Source of the DNA: Eledone cirrhosa
Taxonomy: Eukaryota
Direction of reading: 5' to 3'
Assembly (NCBI GenBank): GCA_964016885.1
Contig: OZ024743.1
Location: 145,514,001-145,578,000, forward strand
Length of the DNA: 64,000 bases
The position numbers and the translations under genes are program-made. Shown here piece after piece: positions 15,040-28,501 of the stretch. Within the stretch, counting starts at the first letter, position 1, and every line of letters begins with the position of its first letter. A model generated the notes under the pieces. That model searched no databases and was not told the DNA's origin. It saw only the letters and a list, made by a program, of their open reading frames with translations.

Positions 15040-15154
15040 TATATGAATTGATGTATGACATACCTTAACTGTCTTGATGGTTCAATTCCAGTATTAGCAA
15101 TACTGGAATTGAACCATCAAGACATTTGATGTATGTCATACATCAATTCATATA

Positions 15155-15216
15155 TTTTATCTGATGAGAACGTACTGAAAAAACAGCACAGTACCTCCGA
15201 AATATATATAATAAAA
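15155..15216 (+). ncRNA. type I hammerhead ribozyme
   Basis: ttttat-CTGATGA-g..gtactg..cagtac..c-GAAA-tatata-TA-ataaaa. Canonical G-C at the base of stem II and a palindromic stem III. Confidence 0.8.
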
Positions 15217-15440
15217 CATATTTTGATATTGTGAACCTCTTCATTTATTAATATTTTGAATAATATTAATAACTCCAGAAAACTTCACTGTAGAGTGCTT
15301 ATAATCTATTGTAAAACTGTATTCATTGAGTAATCAATGAACCATATTAATCTTTGGTTATATATATATATATATGATACTTGTATATATATATGCATGA
15401 TACTTGTATACATTTTGTCTTGACAATTCCTTATATATAG

Positions 15441-15567
<127 letters not shown>

Positions 15568-15620
15568 CTCTTTTACTCTTTTACCTGTTTCAGCCATCCG
15601 GCTGAGGCTATATATATATA

Positions 15621-15793
15621 TAGGAACGAGTAAGACCCCGACTGCTGAGCTCAAGCCGTTTCGACGGCTAATTCGAAACGGCTTGAGCTCAGCCGCCGGG
15701 ATCTTACTCGTTCCTATTACCCACTCTACTACCCTAAGTATTGAGTACTTTGGTGCGTTATGGTCCACCTGGTTCCTTACCACATTTCCTTCG

Positions 15794-15796
<3 letters not shown>
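15621..15796 (+). mobile_element. hairpin element (GAAACGGCT family), HHR 3' half with inverted arm
   Basis: ~45-bp inverted arms followed by a conserved tail ending ttccttcgtta at (TA)n. Relatives at 1295, 15891, 32254, 36095 and 47095. Confidence 0.8.
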
Positions 15797-15831
<35 letters not shown>

Positions 15832-15836
15832 GTATA

Positions 15837-15890
<54 letters not shown>

Positions 15891-15893
<3 letters not shown>

Positions 15894-16080
15894 CAAAGGA
15901 ATTGTGGTAAGGGACCAGATGGACCATAACGCTCCAGAGTACTCAATACTTAGGGTAGTAGTGGGAAATAGGAAAAAGTATGACCCCGATGGCAGAGCTC
16001 AAGCCGTTTCGACGGCTATTTCTGGGCTAAATTAGAATTTTTAGCCTGAATAAATAGCCGAACTTGTCAAGGGGGTACTT
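15891..16080 (-). mobile_element. GAAACGGCT family copy retaining a full but decayed HHR
   Basis: acccc-cttgacaa-g..cggctattt..aaatagccg..c-GAAA-cggc..gcca-TC-ggggt. Confidence 0.6.
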
Positions 16081-16189
16081 CCTTATATGGGAAGATTGTA
16101 GCTGTCAAGAGGATTGGTTAAAATTTGTTGTAAACACAAATAAGTCTATCATGGCATTTGGTGAGAGGTAGGGGTGGCTGAACTTGCCT

Positions 16190-16290
16190 ATAGAACAATA
16201 GGGGAGTGGGTGGAGCGGTCAGGCGTTGAAGGTGATATGTTAGAACAATAGGGGAGTGAGTGGAGCGGTCAAGCGTTGAAGGTGATATGT
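16190..16290. repeat. 50-bp tandem duplication
   Basis: tagaacaataggggagtg..ggtgatatgt occurs twice. Confidence 0.9.
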
Positions 16291-18231
16291 ATACTGCTGT
16301 ATACATATGCTGAAACCCTAATTAACAAAAAAAGTGAATTATTCTCTAGTTGCCTCCATAAAGCTACGTCCACTTTTTTAGCCTCACATAAAACGAGAAA
16401 AAAAGACACAATAACACCAAACCAATAATAACTCGGTTACCACGAATATATAATCAACAGTGAAAAACTTTAATGGCCTTTAATATTGCTTTATTTTATA
16501 GCTATCTATAGAAGAAAGAACGCTAGAATAATTGACATTTGTTCAATAACATGCCGGAACATTGACACACATAACATTATTTTGTTAACTTTTATCAATA
16601 CCATCATTTCTTTATTTCTCTATCTATCTTCCTATCTATGTTACAATTTAGTATAATACCTCATCCTTACATATTCACGGAATTTATCTATAACTGTGAA
16701 TTTTTAATACATTTTTGATCTATTTTAAATTTTAAATTTTAGTTTAATACCCAATCCATAAATTGTTATGAAACTTATCTATAACTGTGAATTTTTAATG
16801 AGTTTTTCATCTCTTATTTATAGTATAGTATAGTATATGCATATATTTCTTTTAAATATATTTACTGCACTTTAAAATCTAAAATTTAGGACAGATTCAA
16901 ACTTATATATAAATGTGAATTTTTGCTGCGCTTTTGATCTCTTATTTATAATATAATGTATTATAATATGTATGTAGTTATATATTATATTTTATATATT
17001 CTTAAATATTTTTAAATATACCTACCACATTTCTATATATATGATTCAAATATAGAGAAAATATCCAAACTAAAAATTATTATAGACATTATTTGAACTC
17101 TGAATTATCCATGCACTCATTATTGTTTCTCTTATATATATATGTGTGTATTTAAATGTAACACGTTGAACTCTACTTATAAAATTATAACTGTTATCAT
17201 TTACCTAAAGTATACTACACTACTAATACCTAACATATATCTATATATATACATCCCTATATCTAATAATATGTTGATATCTTGGTTGAAGAATAAATAG
17301 TACATTTACACCCAGTTATACATAGGTATATATTTATCCTTAACATGCTTCAATCTATTATCTTATTTTATTTTTATCTGCGTCGTTATTATTTACCTTA
17401 AACATACCGGCTCATTAATATATACCTATATACATAATAGTTATTTAAATATTTATAACAATAAGTGCTTCAAAAGCTTTACATACCTAATATGTTGATA
17501 TTTTTCTTAAAGTTTAAATTTAGGTAAATAATCAACAGTATAATATTTCATCCTTTATGTGCCAGCTAAATCCTTTAAATGTTACCCTCATAAAATTCAG
17601 AAGTTTAGAAATGATAACACACTTATCGAATTTATAAAAATAATATATAAATAACCAGCAAATAATCCTGAAATCTGGAGTCTTCACCCTAATATCATAA
17701 ATTAAATATTTTCAAATTTAACCGTTTAACTTTCGGAAAAAATCTCCTTCTACATATATCACCCCCCCCCCCCCTTATCTTTCCCTCTTTATAAATCCTT
17801 TTCCAGTGGCTATCACTGGCTGTTATGATTCATGAGACGTTTTCCTAGATATATCGTAGTATCATACATTTTAAAAACTTTTAGAACAGTTACAGTAAGC
17901 AACGTTTTTTATTACTCATACATTCTCTAATGAATTTATTACGTTTTCGCATTTTCTCATAATTAGGCTATATAAGTAAAATTTTCGCTCAGGTTAATCA
18001 CTACCTTGATTAAATCTTAACCATTTAACATCTCAGGGTATGTCATGTATCATTATATTTTGTCTGATGAGGAGGTACTGTATAATAAAATGTAATTGAT
18101 CAAAAGAACATCTATTTTATTAATATTTATATTTTAATATTAATAACTCCGGAAAATTATTTTACCGTAGAGTGCTTTCAATCTACTGTAAAACTCATTC
18201 TTTGACATAATCATTGAATATCGTTTAACAC

Positions 18232-18327
<96 letters not shown>

Positions 18328-18354
18328 TCCTGTCTTCGATATGTTTGTAAAAAC

Positions 18355-18393
<39 letters not shown>

Positions 18394-18853
18394 CGTATGG
18401 TGTCAAGGCAAAATAAGAAAAAAGAACATCAGATCTCTTTTCATCTTTCAACAAAATCATTAATCAATAGACGGAGTCCTTTTAGTTATCTACAACTTCC
18501 TAAAGATATTCTGCCTCTTATTCATCTACTTATTCGTCTAAAATATAGATTGTAAAATGTTTTTCTTCTATGTCAATATTGATCTCTTTTATATCAATCG
18601 CACATACGTACGACCCGTCCATGCAATAGGTTATATTGGATTGCATGTTACCAATAGCAACAAAACTAACAAACAAACACACACATACATATACGTACAA
18701 ATGTAAATATATATATACACACATACATATATATATATTTATAGTAATAATAATAAATTTGAAGACTAAAATCCAAAGAGGCCTCGATAAGGATAAATAT
18801 ATATCAAATATATAAGAACCGTAGAGCAAATATTTATTAAAATAACAGATTAA

Positions 18854-18904
18854 AGTTTAAGCAAAGAATCGCTGCTTTCACCCTTAACGGGATCTTCTGA
18901 AACT
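18854..18904 (-). ncRNA. variant hammerhead-like motif (CAGAAGA core)
   Basis: agttt-CAGAAGA-t ccc gttaa ggg t-GAAA-gca..tgc-TT-aaact. Confidence 0.5.
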
Positions 18905-19521
18905 AAAAAAGTCAATCTGTGACCGCAGAAGTAAATATTTCAAAAAACGTTGCAACCGGAGGAAGACAGGAAGACGATACTTTGGTTCGTGGAAACGATC
19001 TCTGGCAAAGAACGGGAAAAAACGAATATAATACGTCATTATTTGGAGCGGTGAAAAACAATTACACGCAGACAAAACCACGTTTATGGTATAAAAGAAG
19101 TCGTAGACTAATATTCTATTAGGTGGTTCATAGAGACGTTCTCTGGCAATGAACGGAAAAAACGAAGATAATGCGTCATATGTGGAGCGGAGAGAACAAT
19201 TGCACGCGAAGACAAAACCACGTAAATGGTATAACTGAAGTCGTAGACTAAAATTCTAACTATAAAACCGAATGATTCTCGACTAAAGAGTTAAGAATAA
19301 AGTAAATAAAATAAATAGGTAATTGAAATTAAATAAATACTTACACGCATCCATATACGTACATACACAAGCATACGCGAAAACACTCGCCATAGGTATA
19401 CAAATACACGCACGTACACAAAAAAAAAAAAAAACGCACGCACGTACAGAACCCATTCAACGCCTGTACCCGCACGCATACGAATGTATACACCAAATAC
19501 ACATAAAAATATATATTTAAA

Positions 19522-19554
<33 letters not shown>

Positions 19555-19943
19555 CGTGTATACATATAATTAAATAAACGTATAAATAAATAAATACGTA
19601 TATAACAAGCGCACACACATACCTACATGTAAATACACATATGTTCGGAGACGTACGTCAACCAAAACACAAAGTACACATATACACACACCCTACATAC
19701 GTACGAACTCGCACACGCACACAGACGCAAAACTCACGTATACACATAACCAAAAACATATGTACCAGAATATATAATATATACGCGATAACATATACAA
19801 TCAAATATACGTACGAGAAAGTATACGTACCTTCACAAAACATACAGGTAATATATACTTACCTATATAAATAAGTAATGGTATAAACATAACATATACT
19901 TAGCTACCACATCATGACGTAAAATACCCGCGTATAGTTCGTA

Positions 19944-21245
19944 CTATCCGTTAGGGTATAATGTGGGGCTGTAATACAGGAAAGTTTTGTGCAATTTATG
20001 TTTACAAGCCGAAGTTGCCTCAGATTTTTTGTTTAAGATGTGGTCTTTGGCGTAGAGTATTTCCAGGGCCTCAGCGGCGCAGAGGTCACATGGTCTTTTA
20101 TTTCCGTTATACGATCTAGCCCTAACTAGGATCTCCAAGTGTAACTTATATTGGGTGTGGTTGTCATTTAGACCCCAGATATAAGCTGAAAGTGGCGTCA
20201 TATTCCTTCTTAAATGGTTATGAAAAGAATGGGTATGCATGTAAAGACGCTGCTTGAATCTATTGGCGGTTAACCCTATGTAGGCCCTACGGGACTTTGG
20301 AGTCTCAACCTTACATTTGTAGACAATGTTACTAGAGAGGCATTTCCCGGATAGGGGGCAGTCAACCCGATTCCTACAATTACAGTTAGTACTAACTACA
20401 GGGTTGCACGTGCTCCTACGGCTAGGTAGTTTAGCTAAATTTGAAGCTGTGATGTTATGTGCAAGGTTAGGAGTCGTAAAGTAAGAAATGTTAATAGTAT
20501 TTCTATTAAAATTGTTTATATATTTATGTGTAGGGGGAAAATGCTTCATAATAAGGGAGAGAAAGATCTTAGCTAATGGTGTGGCCACCTCCACATTATA
20601 TGGTGGTTTATACCTTATAATGCGCCGGGATCTATTTCTTCTAGGTCTATTATCGTACTCTGTATATGCTACCTTATCGACAAATCCACTCCGAGCAAGA
20701 GCTTCATTGTAATATGTGAAATGGTCGTTGAAAATATGCTCGTTAGTAGATAGACGGGAAAGCCTCAAAGAAACGTTTTTTACCAGGTTCTTGGTTATGC
20801 TGGCAGGATGGTTTGAATGCTTACTTATGTAATTAAGCGTATCATTCGGCTTTCTATACGGGTAATGCAATCCATTCGATAAATTGAGGGTAACGTCGAG
20901 GTAATTAACGACCGAGAGGTTGGCGTCAACCTGTATGGAGAGGTTGAAGCCTTTAAAGAAGGCTGTGAGTTCTTTTCTGAACCTGTCGCAAGAACGTGGA
21001 CCGCACTTAGTCATGGTCAAAAGCCCATCATCACGGTACAAACCACCGCCCACGTTGGGGAATTCTTCCTTGATAGAGAAAAGAAGGTAAAGGCCGATAA
21101 GATCAGTAACCTCCGCAGAATCGCCGGCGCCCATACTCACGTCGAATGGGGTAATATTAGATTTTTTAATCCAAATAGAGTCGTCGAAATTAATCACCGA
21201 CTCACGGGCATTGAGGATGACATCAACTTCGAAATCCTTAATCAT
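19944..21245 (-). CDS. PLE reverse transcriptase (C-terminal half) plus GIY-YIG endonuclease, 5' truncated
   Basis: 433 aa open: FDVSMGAGDSAEVTDLIG, YRDDGL, NYLDVTL, YRKP, SNHP, CNC-x5-CP linker, IVY..YIG..KQR..H, CDLC..E..CKH. Confidence 0.9.
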   Translation of the reverse strand: MIKDFEVDVILNARESVINFDDSIWIKKSNITPFDVSMGAGDSAEVTDLIGLYLLFSIKEEFPNVGGGLYRDDGLLTMTKCGPRSCDRFRKELTAFFKGFNLSIQVDANLSVVNYLDVTLNLSNGLHYPYRKPNDTLNYISKHSNHPASITKNLVKNVSLRLSRLSTNEHIFNDHFTYYNEALARSGFVDKVAYTEYDNRPRRNRSRRIIRYKPPYNVEVATPLAKIFLSLIMKHFPPTHKYINNFNRNTINISYFTTPNLAHNITASNLAKLPSRRSTCNPVVSTNCNCRNRVDCPLSGKCLSSNIVYKCKVETPKSRRAYIGLTANRFKQRLYMHTHSFHNHLRRNMTPLSAYIWGLNDNHTQYKLHLEILVRARSYNGNKRPCDLCAAEALEILYAKDHILNKKSEATSACKHKLHKTFLYYSPTLYPNG

Positions 21246-21311
21246 TGTGAGGGTTTTAAGATCCCGTTAAGGGTGAAAGCTGCGATTCTATGCTTAAACT
21301 TTAATCTGTTA

Positions 21312-21398
<87 letters not shown>

Positions 21399-21432
21399 TG
21401 TACATTTACACACACACATGTATATATATATG

Positions 21433-21545
<113 letters not shown>

Positions 21546-21759
21546 TTATTAATTGTGCACTAGGCAGCTGAAGTATAAAATCATATCTGTATATAAAACT
21601 GTACATGATTTAACCGAACCTCCAGGAAAAGTGGAAATAAAAGCATACATTTATAAATATAATATATGTAAACATGTAAACCTGTCAGCTTATGTTTTTT
21701 TTTTTTGTTTTGTTTGTTTGTTTTTGTTGATTGAAACAGATGAACTGCTTGACCCTTGT

Positions 21760-22143
21760 CTCGATACTTGTTAGGGTCATCACTAGAAGCTGTGAGAATC
21801 TCTCTCAATCTAAACCCGTCAGATGTGTCAGTAACAACATAACACAGCTCATTATTGACAGGGTAAAGACCCTCTTCGGTCACGAATGACCTTGCGATTT
21901 GCAACTATAATGTTTCCCTTTCGAGGCACAAATCCAGCAGTCACCCATGTATACCAGTCTCTCCTCTTCATGTTGTCCATGGGAAAGGTGATGGCCGATA
22001 CAGCTACGTCAGCTGATTAAACCGGAACAACGTGATATAAAGTGCCTTGTTCAAGGATACAACGCATCAGCCGGCCCTGGAATCGAACTCACAACCTATC
22101 GATTGTAAGCCCAACACTCTAACCACTAAGCCATGCGCCTTCA
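21760..22143 (-). mobile_element. tRNA-derived SINE (family 2)
   Basis: Minus strand gaaggcgcatggcttagtggttagag..gagttcgattcc..gtatccttgaacaagg. Confidence 0.75.
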
Positions 22144-22585
22144 CATATGACTGACAGCAGGAAGAGTAAATGTTTACTCATTTCTTTTTGCATTGACCAC
22201 TTCACACTTAACCTACTGGGTTTTTTTTTTTTCTTTTTTTGTTTACTTATTTTGATCTGCTGCAGGGTCCTATACTGAGACAAGTATAGTGTATATCTAT
22301 ACTACACTATTCCAGTGCACTCTACTGGTACAGGTTAATGTAATGCAGATCGTTTATCATATATGGACCTTAGTAAACTATAAATTAAATCCACTAAGTT
22401 CTTTGGTATGGGGAGTTGAAAAACCTAAAATTTCGAGCTATAACACTTGCATGTAGTAAAGTGTCAACATAATGCCCGCAGAATGGAAATTAGATGGATA
22501 AAGTAAGAAGAGGAGGTTGATGTGTAAGTAATTACAGCGAAAGATGATGGAGTGAGGCGAGTGAGGCGTATGGGGGAGAAGGGCT

Positions 22586-22632
<47 letters not shown>

Positions 22633-23989
22633 AGGGAGAGGGGGCGAGAGAGAGAGACCGTTTGTATGTCAAGTGATAGGATAACCATGCAGTCGATGTA
22701 GTAGCAATCTGCCAATGGAGAATGGAAAAGTGTTATATAAGAAAAGTTCAGCGGCCTAAGTGGTCGTATCCTGATGGACTATAAGTTAACTTAGTAGAGC
22801 GCTTTATGATAATCATCATGTATTTGTTATTCATAGCCTATGTTTATTGTTTCAAAACCTTTCAGTTTATATTTGGTTAAACTAGGGTTAAGAGAGTATG
22901 TCCATGAGTACGAAAGGTGAGACGAAAGAACTTGTAGGAGCAGATCTGTGCTAAGAAAAAGAACGAATCCTTAATTTTACAAATTTCTATGTATGCAACT
23001 TATATTAAAGTACTGTTTCGGTATTGAGGCTTAAATCCTTGTTTTGTTTTTGTTTTTGGTTTTGTTTTGTTTGTTTGTTTGTTTGTTTGTTTGTTTGTTT
23101 GTTTGTTTGTTTGTTTGTTTGTGGGTTTTGGGGGGGCGGGGGGGGGGGGGGGGGGGGGCATATGGAATTTTAAATCATGGTCAGTAGATGATTGGTAGGA
23201 TTCTCTATCCCTGAGCTAGATGGAAATAAACGCAGCAACATGCCGGGATACGATGATAATTCCAATAATCTTATATTGTACAGCAGAATGATAGTCATCA
23301 ATTGTCTTCAATTAATTAAAGCAAAATGTTATAACTAGTTAATCAATCATAATATTAATTGTAAATGAACTGAATTCTAATTTTCTTATTTGCGTTACTA
23401 ATAGATCGTATAATATTATTGTAAATAATGATCTTAAAGTGGATGGCCAGGTACCAGCCGTTGTCCCGAGAGCATTTGGGAATCACTGCACTTAAATAAA
23501 CTTGGAATTCGATTCGTCTCAGAGATTTTCTTTTTCTTCCTTTAGATGATATATCGAATTTATCATCTAGTTCGTTGCTTTCTAATAAACCACTTTCAAA
23601 AAGATTGAAAACTATGGTAAAAGTAAACGGCAAAAGTTAGGGCTACATGCCCTACGGTATTTTTTAATAAGTTAGATAGCAGGGTGAGGCAGTGCCATTG
23701 ACATGTGCAAAACCTCTCTGGGTGATGAGATTGCCTACTCTGAATTTGTCTTTCATTTATCTTAGAAGATGAAATATGTATTCAATTTAACTTGCTTCGA
23801 CAAAAACAAAAATAATAAATGAAAAAGTAGAAAAAATTATATTTATGGAATATATCATGTAAATACAGTTTAGTAGAAAAAGAAAATAGAAAATTTAGAT
23901 TGAGAAGAATGGAATGTAAAATAGTGTCACAGAAGAATAGGGACGATGATTGGCCTCTGGGCCTAGAGTGCGGCAGTAAAGGGGCTGCA

Positions 23990-24445
23990 CCCCGCTAACA
24001 AGACCACAAAAGCATTCCCGCGGACAATGGCCCGCGACACCTGCTGCAAAATCCACCCCACCTCACGGGGCTCCTTTCTCAAACGGGCCACTAACGTTTC
24101 AATCTTGCGAAGGAGCTCGACTGTACGTGGTGCAAGTATGCCTGAGGTCTCGTTGGTGACTGGTGCGAAGAGGAAACGGCCGAACAGTCCTCGGTATTTG
24201 TTTATTTTCCTTTCCTCTGCAAGGCGGGCTGCGGTACCGGGGTTTGTGGCCGAAGCGGAGAACGTGTCGCAAGAGGTGGCGTCACCCTCTTCCTATTTTT
24301 CGAATGGGAAGAGGGTGATTCCATAGAGACGTTTGCCATCTCCGCGGTCAAGGCCTTTTGGCTCCAGTTGTGATGGAAAGCCAGTTGCGTCTAGGCTGCT
24401 TCTCAGTATGTCGTTGAGAGCGGCGTGTCGGGAGAACTTCCTCTC
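23990..24445 (-). pseudogene. CRE-like non-LTR retrotransposon, RLE domain remnant
   Basis: [29 protein letters not shown], then DAT..DTF..AARLAEERK..KY..F.FAPV..ETSG..AIVRGNA. Confidence 0.75.
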
Positions 24446-24720
24446 GATGAAGAAGACACAGTAGGCCTGTTTCGCTTCCAGATTACAGCTACCGATCTCC
24501 ACATTCGCTACCAATGCCCTCCATAAAAACGAATACGATATATTATATTAGCTTTCTATAAAATATACAAAACAACTGTGCCTATTCAAAAGACATTAAC
24601 ATCTAAAACAATTTCTGTGATTTGTTTCTGCTGTTCTTGTTGATTTGTTTTGTTTGCTTTTTAATTCTTAAAAGTATATTGATCCCATACATGTCGGCGA
24701 ATTTTCCAATATGAAAGAAA

Positions 24721-25080
24721 TAATTGTTTCTACTTTTTGGCGTAAGGCCAGCAATTATCCCAGTGCATTACTGGTGCTTTATTTTATCTATCCCGTAAGG
24801 ATGAAAGGCAAAGTTTACCTCGGCAGGATTTGAACTCGGAACGTAAAAGGCCGTAACTCTATGCTGCAAATCATGGCTTCCGACCCTCTACCGATACTGC
24901 CAATCTACGCCAAGAAAGAAATATGAAAGAAATAATTGTTTCTACTTTAGGCATAAGGCCAGCAATTACCCAGTGCATTACTGGTACTTTATTTTATCAA
25001 CCCCGTAAGGATGAAAGGCAAAGTCAACTTTGGCGGGATTTGAACTCAGATCGTAAAGGGACGTAACTATGCTGGAAATA
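24721..25080 (-). mobile_element. two tandem SINE family 1 copies
   Basis: Consensus repeated at ~24721-24912 and ~24931-25080. Confidence 0.85.
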
Positions 25081-25512
25081 TGAAAGAAATAATGTTTATA
25101 CAGAATTCAAAATGATGGCAAGTTTTAGGCACTTCAAACCAAGCGCAACTTTTTTTAAATGATGCTGCTCGCAATAACAACAGTGACAATAAGATGTAAT
25201 TTCTACAGTAGCCTCTAATAGAGACTCGAAGACTCTTAGATGACATTTTGCTCGTGAATGGTGTTTTACAAATTAACAACAGTGTTGCACACACAATTTG
25301 TGCAAATATTCTCACGTGACTGGATGAATCATGAGATCTGGTTAAATTAGATAACGTGTCACAGCAAAGTAGTAGTGCTTATTTCTTTTCTAGGTGAGGG
25401 GGAAACTTGTCTTCGAATAGAATTTTCAATAATCACGAAAAAGACCATTGAACATTTTGTTTGAATAATACAAATAATTTTATTTATTTTGGTGTGTATA
25501 TGCAGGCAGATT

Positions 25513-25577
<65 letters not shown>

Positions 25578-26542
25578 TACTTGACCTAAGCTATCAATGA
25601 TTATTGTGGATATTCTCAACGTAGACAAAGAGTAACCTATATTCGATAATGCAATAAGAAAATGCAGAATAGAATCAAGAAAACTTTGTTGAAATTATTT
25701 TAGATTTATGCAGATTTAGCAGATATTTTCCAGCTCTAATTTTTTTTAACAGCATGATAGCTGTATTTTCTATTACATTGCCTAAACAGAAGAGTAAACA
25801 CAAGACAACATGGAACAACACGAACAAAGAACAAAGAAACAACTACTCAGTCGCTCAACCGACAGAAGAAAGTGTATATAGAAAGGTAAAAATAATGGCC
25901 AAAAAAAGTAGATTTTTTAAGTTAAGAGCAAGGACTGCGAAGTGTTATCAAAGCAGAGACGCTAGGTTTCGCTTGAGCTCTAGTAGTAACATGTAACTCA
26001 GTACAAACTGCTGAATGGTCAAGTGATAGACAACAAGACCGGCAACCGCACAAAGTCTGCTTGATGAGGAGCGTCATTTCTGAAAACTCGATGGTATGTA
26101 AAACAAAATCCACCAACTGGTGGAGAAACCCATGACAGTTAACGACTAACCAATAATGTGTATATATGCTTGTATATATGAGTGTGGGGGGGGGGCGTGC
26201 GATTGTGTAAATACACATAAAGATGTTCTTACTTGGAACCTGCGGTGTTTGTAGTCTTTAGCTATTTTGTTTTGTTTGAGCTTGAAGCTACCTTAGCGGT
26301 TTTATACATTTAACGAGTGGCTTCTATGTCACACAAGTGTGTGTCACTATAATATCTGATTGTTAAGCAGTTTTTGTGTCCATATTTTTTCTTTTCTTTT
26401 AACCTCCACCCTACCGAGCAAAGGCCAGGGCTTCTTAGAGACATATTGTGACGACAGGCCTTTCTTTACAGCGATCAGAATCTGCCACAATATAATACCA
26501 CCCACTTCTGTGTATTCACCATTCAGAAGGTATCGTTTAGAC

Positions 26543-26881
26543 CAGAGGTTCTCGAAGTGGGCGCTACCCTCCCCCGGGAGGCGTTGAAAAATTCCAGGGG
26601 CGCTGGAGCCTGAGGAGGTGGTGGGGGTGCAGTAGAGATGATATAATAGTATATTAAATATCAAATGGTACATATTATATATAAATATAGTAAAATAAAA
26701 AATATATAATGTTTATTTATACATGGTATATTTTATATTATATATAAATTAACGATCTTATTTATTATATATTATTTACAATCTGCCTGTAGGCAGGTCT
26801 CTCTGGAAATAGGGTTGGGGGCGCTGAGGGTATTACGTGGCCATGAGGGGGGCGGTGGCCCAAAACGTTTGAGAACCTCTG
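26543..26881. mobile_element. hAT (Charlie-like) MITE
   Basis: TIRs cagaggttctc and gagaacctctg, with a perfect 8-bp TSD gtttagac at 26535-26542 and 26882-26889. Confidence 0.9.
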
Positions 26882-26978
26882 GTTTAGACGGAAGCAGTCA
26901 CAATTCTCTGTTCGACAATGCTGCCACGTTCTACGTTGAAGTACTGTTCGTGTCTAGGAGATGAAGTCTTGGTCTTAC

Positions 26979-27034
26979 CATGTCGGTGTGTTCTTTCGTA
27001 GTCTGGAACGTTCATAACAGTGTGGCACTGCATC
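26979..27034 (-). other. candidate 56-nt exon
   Basis: Polypyrimidine tract cctttctcttttcctttaAG acceptor and atg|GTAAGA donor on the same strand as the large exon. Confidence 0.4.
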
Positions 27035-27689
27035 CTTAAAGGAAAAGAGAAAGGATGTGCGAAAGGTGGTCATACTCGATAGCAAGTCGGTAGCCATCAT
27101 ATATAGAGATATACCAGCACGATACGCTATTTTGAACAGTGATCCGGATATAAATGAAGCTGGTAGATATTGCAAAACAAATGTTTTTAATCCAGAAACT
27201 CGCTGTCGCAGCCACCAAGCATTTAACAGTTTTAGATAATCTTACAAAATATATCGCAGATTGTGCTCTATAGGTATGATAAAATTAGAAAACAAGTTTT
27301 ATTAAAACATGTTATAATTAAAAAGATCATATTAATCGATTTTAATAAAGAACACACAGACCTACTCACCATTAGTTCATTTAAAATGCAGTATTGATGA
27401 ATAGGATAGAAAAGGTTGATTCTGTGAAGAAGGATCAGGCTGTGTTTCTTCCTCGTACGTTGATTATTTGTTGAATAATGCGTCTCATCTAATGCCGTTT
27501 TAGTATTCGTAAATCTTCTCTCACGAACCAGTTCATGGTTTGCAGGAATTTATATTAAAAGAAATTATTTGCTTACCGCTTGTACCAAACTGTATCACTA
27601 AAAAAATCAAACTCTATCAAAAATGAAATTATGATAATCCAATTAACAGTCACTTCAATGACTTTAGGGTAACCTCTTGATACAAGGAT

Positions 27690-28310
27690 TCATAGTGAAA
27701 GCATTCGGCATCTTGGAAACGCTAATAATTCTTTCGGAAATCAATGCCTCTGGAAAGATCATGTCCCACTTAAAACAAAGATTCAGGTTTATTATGTTGT
27801 AGCTATCCTTTCTTTATTGTATGAATGTGAGACGCAGCCTCTATACAGGAAACAAATCAACTTTCTATGTGTGTTTCACGTGATATATTTTGTGTTCAAT
27901 ATATAACATTTTATGAAATGACAAAATGCCAAATACCGATACTTGAGAAATTCTTGCTAAGTCCACGAATGCGTTGGATAGGGGACGTCATTCATATGGA
28001 AGATACAAGAATTCCCAACACACTTTTTTTATTGAAAACTACCAAAATGGTCCCTACAAGTCGGAAGAGCACTACTTCACTATAAAAACAAGATTAAGAA
28101 AAGTCTGGGGCAACTGCAATTCGATCAATAATCGTGGAAACACTTACCAGTCAAACTTGGTGTGGTGAGTGCTTCCAAATGCCAGACAGTTTCGAGGAAA
28201 GGAATTTGCAGCAGAAGAATTCACTTAACTATAAAGCAAAGCCCGCTCCGTATTGCCTGTCGGAAATGTACATGTCTGCAAGGCACATGAGCTAAAACGC
28301 AATGCGTGTG
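27690..28310 (+). pseudogene. RTE-clade LINE 3' remnant
   Basis: Fragments LKTKIQVY..LLYECET and RMRWIGDVIHMEDTRIP. Confidence 0.7.
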
Positions 28311-28470
28311 GTCTCTCGCTTCACAATGTCAGCCATCTTAATTTAACTTGATTTCTTTTATTAATTTTATTGAACTACTATCAATTTTACAATATTTTAA
28401 CAATTTTTTATCAGCTTTTATATTTGACTGCACCTACGTCACACACGGTTAGAGACCATCACGTATATGG

Positions 28471-28501
<31 letters not shown>

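Larger units (their letters stand above)
14927..15360. mobile_element. palindromic element with an HHR on each arm
   Basis: Arms ~14927-15094 and ~15099-15265, tail to 15360, flanked by (TA)n. The tail is related to ~18135-18237. Confidence 0.8.
18740..21318 (-). mobile_element. Penelope-like element family A, copy 2 (5' truncated, inverted 5' arm)
   Basis: RT plus GIY-YIG ORF and 3' UTR. 21258-21318 is an inverted copy of 18836-18896. (TA)n-rich tracts on both sides. Confidence 0.92.

Noticed and set aside
18063-18090. CTGATGA in a relative of the 15155 HHR family
   Set aside because: An internal deletion removes GAAA, so it is a remnant only.
26232-26345. Possible minus-strand exon ending at GTAAGA
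   Set aside because: Stops in all frames and no convincing acceptor. It could only be UTR and is unsupported.
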